A stretch of DNA of 32,000 bases, taken from positions 122,871 to 154,870 of the forward strand of contig NC_000909.1 in NCBI RefSeq assembly GCF_000091665.1, written 5' to 3'. How positions within the stretch are numbered: position 1 is the stretch's first letter; each line of letters opens with the position of its first letter. Of this stretch, positions 17,369 through 24,425 are shown one piece after another. The notes under the pieces were generated by a model. The model saw only the letters and a program-made list of their open reading frames with translations. It was not told the origin of the DNA and did not search any database. This DNA is from Methanocaldococcus jannaschii DSM 2661 (GTDB lineage: Archaea > AGJL01 > Methanococci > Methanococcales > Methanocaldococcaceae). Made by a program: the position numbers and the translations under genes.

Positions 17369-18527
17369 TTATAAAAAATACAACGTCTCTGAATTAGAAA
17401 AGCTCAGAATGGATGAAGAAAAATTTTATGAGACATTTGATAATGCCATATTATTACAAACATGCAACAGAGTTGAGATAATCTTTGATGCAGATAGCTT
17501 AGAAGAAATTAAAGGAATCGAAAATATAGATTTAGAAAAATTTGATATTCTATTTGGAGATAAAGCAATAGAACATCTTTTTAGAGTTGCATGTGGTTTA
17601 GAGTCCATGATTGTTGGAGAAGACCAAATACTTGGGCAGTTAAAAAATGCCTATCTAAAAGCAAAAGAAAAAGGCAGAATATCCAAAAAATTGGAGAAAA
17701 TTATTTTAAAGGCAATACATACTGGACAAAGGGCAAGAGTAGAGACAAAGATAAATGAGGGCGGGGTTTCAATTGGCTCTGCGGCAGTTGAATTGGCAGA
17801 AAAAATTTTTGGATTAGAAGGGAAAAATGTCTTATTAATTGGAGCTGGAGAGATGGCAAATTTAGTTATAAAGGCATTGAAGGAAAAAAACATTAAAGCA
17901 ATTATCGTAGCAAATAGGACTTATGAAAAAGCTGAAAAATTAGCTAAAGAACTTGGAGGAATGGCTATAAAGTTTGATAAATTGGAAGAGGCTTTAAGAT
18001 ATGCCGATATAGTTATATCAGCAACAGGGGCTCCACATCCAATTTTAAATAAGGAGAGGTTAAAAAATGCTGGAAAGACAATTATTATAGATATTGCCAA
18101 TCCAAGAGACACAACTGATGACATTAGAGAACTGCCAGATATTTTTTTATTCACAATTGATGATTTAAGATTAGTGGCTGAAGAAAATTTAAAGAAGAGA
18201 AAAGAAGAAATCCCAAAGGTTGAGATGATTATTTGTGAAGAATTAGAGAGGTTAAAAGAATTTCTTGATAAAATGAGATTTGAAACAGCAATAAAAGAAC
18301 TTGGGCAATATATTGAAAATGTGAGAAAGAAGGAGGTTGAAAAAGCAAAAAAGATATTGAAGAATAAAAATAAGCCAGTTGAGGAAGTTTTAGAAGATTT
18401 TTCAAAGGCATTGTGTAAGAGAATAATTTACGATATAATAAAGATATTTGAGAATGTGGAAGATAAAGAAGTTTTTGAGTGTTTAGCCAAAGAATTTAAA
18501 AAACTTGGCAATAAAAATAAAAATTAA
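17349..18527 (+). CDS. hemA: glutamyl-tRNA reductase
   Basis: ORF 392 aa; TCNRVEI, GEDQILGQ, LLIGAGEMANLVIKAL. Confidence 0.96.
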   Translation: MIILKADYKKYNVSELEKLRMDEEKFYETFDNAILLQTCNRVEIIFDADSLEEIKGIENIDLEKFDILFGDKAIEHLFRVACGLESMIVGEDQILGQLKNAYLKAKEKGRISKKLEKIILKAIHTGQRARVETKINEGGVSIGSAAVELAEKIFGLEGKNVLLIGAGEMANLVIKALKEKNIKAIIVANRTYEKAEKLAKELGGMAIKFDKLEEALRYADIVISATGAPHPILNKERLKNAGKTIIIDIANPRDTTDDIRELPDIFLFTIDDLRLVAEENLKKRKEEIPKVEMIICEELERLKEFLDKMRFETAIKELGQYIENVRKKEVEKAKKILKNKNKPVEEVLEDFSKALCKRIIYDIIKIFENVEDKEVFECLAKEFKKLGNKNKN

Positions 18528-19300
18528 ATATTCTCTTTATTTAACTCTTTTATCCATTCAACATTACCTTTTAAAATAGTCCTTGCAACAGATACAAAAT
18601 CAGAGTATTTTAACATTTCCTTAGCTTTTTCTATTGAATCAATTGAGTTATTTCCAATTATTATCTTATCGTTAAATTCTTCTGCCAAAATTTTTAATGA
18701 ATCCATATCTGCATAAGGTTTTCCTGGATAAAAGCAATCAACATGTAATCCATCAAAATAATCTCTCACATAGTTTAAATTATCTATTAGCTCTTTTAGT
18801 GGGATGCAATTTAATCTTATCTTTAAAAAAATTGGTTTATTTAACTCTTTCATTTTAGTTAAAAATTCTTTTAAAAGATTTTTATTTTTCATTAGCTCTT
18901 GCCCTATACCTAAAGAAGTTATCTCTGGCTGTCTGCAATGGCAGTTAAGTTCAATGATATCAGCATGTTTGGCAATAGTCAATAGTTTGTCATAAGCTTC
19001 ATCTATATCAACAAATCTAACATTAACTGAAACTAAGGCATTACTTTCTCTTGCCTTTTTTATTTGCTCAATTATATAGCTATTAAATTCTTCTAAATTT
19101 ATAGAAAATTCTTTCCTTCCCCTTTTCTCTATATCTCTACTTGCTTTATAGGTTGCAGAATCTAAGTTGTAGCCACCAATGGTAACAATGGCAAACAAAT
19201 CCTTAAATTTTCTGCAGAAATCCCCATCCGTAATGCCTGCCATTGGTGCTAAGACAACTTTTTTATCTAATTTATTTAATTCTTCTATTTTTTTGTTCAT
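18524..19300 (-). CDS. dihydrouridine synthase-like / TIM-barrel flavoprotein family
   Basis: ORF 258 aa; LAPMAGITDGDFCRKF, ELNCHCRQPE. Confidence 0.8.
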   Translation of the reverse strand: MNKKIEELNKLDKKVVLAPMAGITDGDFCRKFKDLFAIVTIGGYNLDSATYKASRDIEKRGRKEFSINLEEFNSYIIEQIKKARESNALVSVNVRFVDIDEAYDKLLTIAKHADIIELNCHCRQPEITSLGIGQELMKNKNLLKEFLTKMKELNKPIFLKIRLNCIPLKELIDNLNYVRDYFDGLHVDCFYPGKPYADMDSLKILAEEFNDKIIIGNNSIDSIEKAKEMLKYSDFVSVARTILKGNVEWIKELNKENI

Positions 19301-19312
19301 CTATAAAATCAC

Positions 19313-20119
19313 CTAAAACTGTGGATGGTATATTTTTCCCATACCCATTTTTGATTCTAAGAAGTCATCCTGCTTTAAAGTGCATACATTCTTATCAACT
19401 AACTTTCCTCTAATTTTTTCTAAACCAATATCTGCTAAGTTTGAGGCATCTTCAGCAGTTCTTCCTATTCCAATTCCTGCTTTTAGCTCAATCTTATACT
19501 TTTTATTGATTCTGTTGAAAATATCTAAGAAATCTTCTTCACTCATTCCGTTTGATGGAGCCATGAAGTTATCTCCACCTATGAAAAACAACAGAGCGTT
19601 ATATTTTAAAAGCTCTTCCATTAAAGCCAATTTAACCTTATTCACATTTAAATAAGTGTCATAGGCACTCACAATGTCAGTAAGAGTCCCAGTAATGTTG
19701 TTTATATCTATATGAGCGATTTGAACATAGCCATCAACAACCAATTCATTGGCAACATCTAAAACTTCCTTTCTATTCTCATCCTGAGCACTTCCATACT
19801 CTTGAAGTGTTTCAGTGGCTAATTTTTGAGCTTCATAAGGTGTTTCAGCTGAAGCAATAACCATACTAACAGTGAAAGGATATCTATTCCTTATACTCTC
19901 CTGAATTCTTTTGTGTGTAATTAAATCAATACCATTTGTTATAGCTATTAAATTATCAAATCTTGTGTAAAACACCAGTCCCTTATGAGCCCCAAACATC
20001 AAATTTAAGTCAGCGTATAATCTGCTCTGCAGAGCTTGTAAATCGCTCTCTCTTCTTGGATTTGGTGTAACTGTCCAAGGTCCGTAATTATCTATCTGAA
20101 TTACTGTTATTTGAATCAT
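19313..20119 (-). CDS. gch3: GTP cyclohydrolase III
   Basis: ORF 268 aa; family-typical [14 protein letters not shown] and [23 protein letters not shown]. Confidence 0.92.
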   Translation of the reverse strand: MIQITVIQIDNYGPWTVTPNPRRESDLQALQSRLYADLNLMFGAHKGLVFYTRFDNLIAITNGIDLITHKRIQESIRNRYPFTVSMVIASAETPYEAQKLATETLQEYGSAQDENRKEVLDVANELVVDGYVQIAHIDINNITGTLTDIVSAYDTYLNVNKVKLALMEELLKYNALLFFIGGDNFMAPSNGMSEEDFLDIFNRINKKYKIELKAGIGIGRTAEDASNLADIGLEKIRGKLVDKNVCTLKQDDFLESKMGMGKIYHPQF

Positions 20120-20251
20120 TTTCCCATCTCTTCCACTAATTTATAAAGTATGTAGTATAGTAAATAATTAACTTCAGTATGGTTTTATTTATTATTATCC
20201 ATTAAAAAGTTTATGTAGTAGGTATTAAAAAAATTAATTACTCTTCTATTG

Positions 20252-20349
20252 AATAGAACTTTCGCAGTTTTATACTACTAATTAAGGAACATTGATGCCA
20301 AAAGGCATCTTTGTGCAATAATAAATTTTATTCCTGCGAAAGTTCTATT
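20252..20349. repeat. 98-bp palindromic unit: 16-bp arms (aatagaactttcgcag / ctgcgaaagttctatt) with centred hairpin gatgcc-aaaa-ggcatc; right arm lies in the 3' end of the ferredoxin gene
   Basis: Direct reading. Confidence 0.8.
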
Positions 20350-20537
20350 GATATAGCTTGGTCTGGGCATTGTAATATACAGAGATTGCACTTTGTGCAT
20401 TTTTCAGGATTTACTGGGATTGGTGGGTAGATACCTTTTTTATTCAACTTTTTTGATTTCTCAAATACTCCTCTTGGACATACTACAATACATATATCAC
20501 ATCCCTTACAGAAGTTTTCATTTATTTCTATCTTCAT
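20328..20537 (-). CDS. 2[4Fe-4S] ferredoxin
   Basis: ORF 69 aa; CKGCDICIVVCPRGVF and CTKCNLCILQCPD. Confidence 0.93.
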   Translation of the reverse strand: MKIEINENFCKGCDICIVVCPRGVFEKSKKLNKKGIYPPIPVNPEKCTKCNLCILQCPDQAISIELSQE

Positions 20538-20582
20538 TATTATCCCTCCAAGTAGTTTTTGATGTGTTATAACACTCTTTTT

Positions 20583-20887
20583 ATAGCATTCCAGATTAAA
20601 AAACTCTGTGGTTTTAAAAGAAACTTTTAGTAAAAGTTGAACAAAAACTCTTCGAGTTTTTGTAGCCCGAAGCTAACGCTTCGGTTTCATCAAAACTCGT
20701 CCATTTAACCAATTATCAAAGTTTTTAATTAAATAAGGCACATATAGAAGCCCTTTGGGCTTCTAAATTCCATAGTAAATAATATCCTTTGATAATTGGT
20801 TATAAGTTGGGGCTTTCAGCCCCAATTAATGTCCATTCAGTAATTTCTTTATAGCATTCCAGATTAAAAATGATTGTGGTTTTAAAA
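20583..20887 (-). repeat. hairpin-rich insert (about 20620-20850) flanked by direct copies (20583-20619 and 20851-20887) of the 3' coding end of the downstream-listed ATPase gene
   Basis: 33/37 nt identical; both encode [13 protein letters not shown]; the four mismatches are contiguous-codon synonymous differences. Confidence 0.88.
20706..20802. repeat. 97-bp palindromic unit nested in the insert: arms taaccaattatcaaag / ctttgataattggtta, centred hairpin tagaagccc-ttt-gggcttcta
   Basis: Direct reading. Confidence 0.85.
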
Positions 20888-21941
20888 TTCCTTCAATAGG
20901 ATTTAGGAATAAAATATTTTTCTTAACTAAATAAATATAAACTGGTTCTGGTATATCATCATCACTAACTTCATAATTTTCTTTAAATAATTTTAACGCA
21001 TTTATAATATCATCCTTTTTAATCTCAATGATTTCATCTTTAAGTTCTACTTTTGGTTTTATATAATCCAACTCCTTTAAAAAATACTTTAGTTTTTGAG
21101 TTTCTTCTTTAAGCATTAAATTTAGAATATCTTCTAACTTCCTATACCTCATCTCATCAATCACACTGTAGATATATACCGGTTTTCCTCCTACATAGTT
21201 ATAGATTAACTCTTTATCTTCATCAGAGAGTTTTTTATTTAAAATCTCTTTAGCCAAGAAATCCATAAATTTTAAAGCTGTCTCTTTATCAAAGTCATCC
21301 ACTAAGAGGTATTTGGCTCTACCTTCCAACTCTCCAGCACTATAAACATATTCAATAAATAAGCTATCAGAACTTAGACAAAAAACATGGCATAGATGTT
21401 GTTCTTTAGTTAAAGAAACTAAAAACTGAAACAACTCTTTTAACAAGTATTTTTGCCAATTTAAAACTACATCTTTAATCATCTGAAGTTCATCAAGTAT
21501 TAACACTGGCTGTTTTCCACTCTTTTTAACCTCTAATAGTATAGAGTTTAAGTATTGGAAGGCATCATTTATTTTCTCTTCAAATAATTTATCAAACTCT
21601 ACTTCAGGTATTGGAATACCAGTTAAAATCTTAGCCCCTTTTGTTATCAAATTTAAAACTTCTGATTTATCTTTTATTTTTTCAAAGAAATCATCTTTTT
21701 TAGTGGTAAAGATAGCTTCAATAAATTCCCTCTTTTCTGAAATTAAATAAGTCCTAAAATTAATATAAAAAACCTTATAATCATCACTTAGTTTGTTTTC
21801 AATGATGTGTTTTATTAGAGCAGTTTTACCAGAATTTAAAGGGCCGTAGATGAAATAAATTATATTTGGTTCTCCCTCTAAGATTGATAGAATTTCATGA
21901 ATTTCTTTTTCTCTATTGAAGAATTTCATTTGAATCACCAT
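20826..21941 (-). CDS. archaeal STAND-like AAA ATPase
   Basis: ORF 371 aa; [14 protein letters not shown] Walker [13 protein letters not shown] Walker B. Confidence 0.85.
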   Translation of the reverse strand: MVIQMKFFNREKEIHEILSILEGEPNIIYFIYGPLNSGKTALIKHIIENKLSDDYKVFYINFRTYLISEKREFIEAIFTTKKDDFFEKIKDKSEVLNLITKGAKILTGIPIPEVEFDKLFEEKINDAFQYLNSILLEVKKSGKQPVLILDELQMIKDVVLNWQKYLLKELFQFLVSLTKEQHLCHVFCLSSDSLFIEYVYSAGELEGRAKYLLVDDFDKETALKFMDFLAKEILNKKLSDEDKELIYNYVGGKPVYIYSVIDEMRYRKLEDILNLMLKEETQKLKYFLKELDYIKPKVELKDEIIEIKKDDIINALKLFKENYEVSDDDIPEPVYIYLVKKNILFLNPIEGILKPQSFLIWNAIKKLLNGH

Positions 21942-21947
21942 TTCAAT

Positions 21948-22958
21948 TTACTTCTTCCTCTTCCACATCCTTGGATAAGTCCCTCTATCCATATAAACTC
22001 TCTCAACATCAACAGCAACTCCTTTATCTGCATTTAAAATCTCTTTTGTGTTCATTAAAGCCTTTCCTACAGCTACAGCTTCCCCTTTCAAAGTCTCAAC
22101 TAAGACAGTCTCTCCTTTACCAATGCCTTTACTCAACTTAGCTATTCCTCTAACATAGACATCTGCTCCATGGCAGATAGCATCAACAGCACTATCCTTA
22201 ACAACAACCTTCTTCAAATGCCTTAACCCATACTCCATTGGCTTTATAACTCTCCTTAACTCTTCTTCATCCCCATCCTCCTTCCAAAATACATAAGCAT
22301 CAAGCAAATCTTGTAAATAAACAGCATCCTTCTCCTCAAAACATCCACTTTTAGTCCTTCTTAGCTCTTGCATGTGGGCAGATGTTCCTAACGCTTCCCC
22401 AATATCTTCACACAATTTCCTTATATAAGTCCCAGATTGACATTTAACCCTAAATAAAACATCCTTACCATCTTTGTCTAATAACTCTAATTCATGAATC
22501 TTCCTAATTCTCAATCTTCTTTTAACAGCTGCTTTTAATGGAGGTCTCTGATAAATCCTTCCAGTAAATTCTTTAAAAACTCTCAATATATCTTCTTCAG
22601 ACGCATCTCTATGTAGATGCATCAAACAAACATACTCCTTAGGTGGAATGTGCCACATTGGTATTGTTTTTGTAGCTCTCTCTAAAGCCACTGGCAAAAC
22701 ACCAGTAACCTTTGGGTCTAATGTCCCACCATGTCCAGCTTTATCTAAATTTAAAATCTTTTTAACCCATGTTGAAACCTCATGAGACGTTGGACCTCTT
22801 GGTTTATCAACTACAACAACACCGTACTTTATCAAATCCTCTATCTTTCTTTCATAAGGGTTGCAGCCATAATCCCAATTTGTTTCAACCTCTTCCTTAA
22901 CTATAAGCTCCTCTTTGTCATTTATCTTTTTTTCCTGTGTTTTTTCCAATAAAATCAC
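21948..22958 (-). CDS. cbf5: tRNA/rRNA pseudouridine synthase Cbf5 (GTG start)
   Basis: ORF 336 aa; GVVVVDKPRGPTSHEV, HGGTLDPKVTGVLP, C-terminal PUA-like region. Confidence 0.96.
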   Translation of the reverse strand: MILLEKTQEKKINDKEELIVKEEVETNWDYGCNPYERKIEDLIKYGVVVVDKPRGPTSHEVSTWVKKILNLDKAGHGGTLDPKVTGVLPVALERATKTIPMWHIPPKEYVCLMHLHRDASEEDILRVFKEFTGRIYQRPPLKAAVKRRLRIRKIHELELLDKDGKDVLFRVKCQSGTYIRKLCEDIGEALGTSAHMQELRRTKSGCFEEKDAVYLQDLLDAYVFWKEDGDEEELRRVIKPMEYGLRHLKKVVVKDSAVDAICHGADVYVRGIAKLSKGIGKGETVLVETLKGEAVAVGKALMNTKEILNADKGVAVDVERVYMDRGTYPRMWKRKK

Positions 22959-23131
22959 CTTTTTTCATAATCTTTAATCATTTTAAATAACCTTCCAAAT
23001 GCACAAAAAATGCCTAATAACAAAAATACAACTATCCATAAATTGTTATCTGTGTATTCTGCTATGATATAACCAATAAAAATACCCAAGGCAATCATTA
23101 TAAAAAATTCAAATGCGATATCTCTAAGCAT
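22955..23131 (-). CDS. 58-aa two-TM protein, AtpZ/AtpI-like in appearance (MLRDIAFEFFIMIALGIFIGYIIAEYTDNNLWIVVFLLLGIFCAFGRLFKMIKDYEKR)
   Basis: Manual translation, missing from ORF track because under 60 aa; TGA overlaps the cbf5 GTG start (GTGA). Confidence 0.75.
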   Translation of the reverse strand: MLRDIAFEFFIMIALGIFIGYIIAEYTDNNLWIVVFLLLGIFCAFGRLFKMIKDYEKR

Positions 23132-23196
23132 GGTATCAGAATAAACAAGCTTTATTAATGAATAATCCTACATTTGTTATATAAATCTTTGACTGT

Positions 23197-23718
23197 ATGG
23201 GGGATGTTAAAATGGATAAAGAGCTTTTACATAAAAAAATTAAAAAAGATATTGAGGATTTAATAAACAACCATCCTCCAGAAAGAACGTTAGGGAATTT
23301 AATACCCTTATCTATATTTCAAGCAGTAAGAATAGGAGTTTTAACTGCTGGATGTGGCATTGAAGCAATAATTTACAATATTGGAAAAGATATTGGTAGA
23401 GAAGTAATTTCAAGATACGTCGATAGGGACAATTTACTCGAAAGCTTTGCAGAAATATTAAAGAAGGCAAAAATTGGCATTTTAGAAGTAAAAAAAGTTG
23501 AAGAAAATGAGATGATTCTAATTTTAAAAGACTGCATATCTTGCCATAATGTTCCAAATGTTGGAACTACCCTCTGTCATTTTGAGGCTGGACTAATAGC
23601 TGGAACTTTGGAAAAAAAGCTAAGAAGAAAAGTCAATGCTGTTGAAACAAAATGTTGTGGAAAGGGTGATGAGTACTGCGAATTTTTAGTAAAAATTGAA
23701 GATAAATTGTATTGGTGA
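23197..23718 (+). CDS. V4R (4-vinyl reductase) domain small-molecule-binding protein
   Basis: ORF 173 aa; CxxCH...CHFEAGLIAGTLE...ETKCCGKGDEYCEF. Confidence 0.85.
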   Translation: MGDVKMDKELLHKKIKKDIEDLINNHPPERTLGNLIPLSIFQAVRIGVLTAGCGIEAIIYNIGKDIGREVISRYVDRDNLLESFAEILKKAKIGILEVKKVEENEMILILKDCISCHNVPNVGTTLCHFEAGLIAGTLEKKLRRKVNAVETKCCGKGDEYCEFLVKIEDKLYW

Positions 23719-23722
23719 TTAA

Positions 23723-24169
23723 ATGCTTGATAGAATTGATTTAAAAATTCTAAGAATTTTAAATGGAAATGCCAGAAAATCATTTAGAGAAATTGGGAGA
23801 GAATTGGGTATTAGTGAGGGGACTGTAAGGAATAGAGTAAAAAGATTAACTGAAAAAGGAATCATAACAGGTTTTCATGCATCTATAAATCCAAAAAATT
23901 TGGGATTTGAAGTAGTTGCCATATTAGGTTTATATATTAAACCATCTAAGGTTGAAGAAACCCTCAATAAATTAAAAGAGCTTGATGAAATAGTTGAACT
24001 CTATCAAACTACTGGAGAATATGATGCCGTTTGTATAGCAATTTTAAAGGATATAGAAAGCTTAGGAAAATTTTTAGCAGAGAAGATATATCCATTAGTT
24101 AATGTTAATGGATGTAAAGTAACTCTTGTTTTGAGAACATTTAAAGATGGTAGTAAGATGCCAATATAA
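23723..24169 (+). CDS. Lrp/AsnC family transcriptional regulator
   Basis: ORF 148 aa; LDRIDLKILRILNGNARKSFREIGRELGISEGTVRNRVKRL plus RAM domain. Confidence 0.93.
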   Translation: MLDRIDLKILRILNGNARKSFREIGRELGISEGTVRNRVKRLTEKGIITGFHASINPKNLGFEVVAILGLYIKPSKVEETLNKLKELDEIVELYQTTGEYDAVCIAILKDIESLGKFLAEKIYPLVNVNGCKVTLVLRTFKDGSKMPI

Positions 24170-24425
24170 AATTTTATTACTAAATAATAAACAAAAAAAT
24201 CAGATATTACTAAAAAAATCAAATAGAAACATTTAAAAAAGCCCTATTTTTTATTTTGCAAGTCATAGAAATTTTTAATTAATGCTTAGGTTTGTGCTAT
24301 TTTTACCATGGATATTAAAATCTTTAATAAGTTATTTGTATTAAATTTTTCGCAATGCGTAACCACTATTATATAGTAATGCATAAACTTAAAATTAGAC
24401 TACTGTATATGGTAAATTCGAATAT

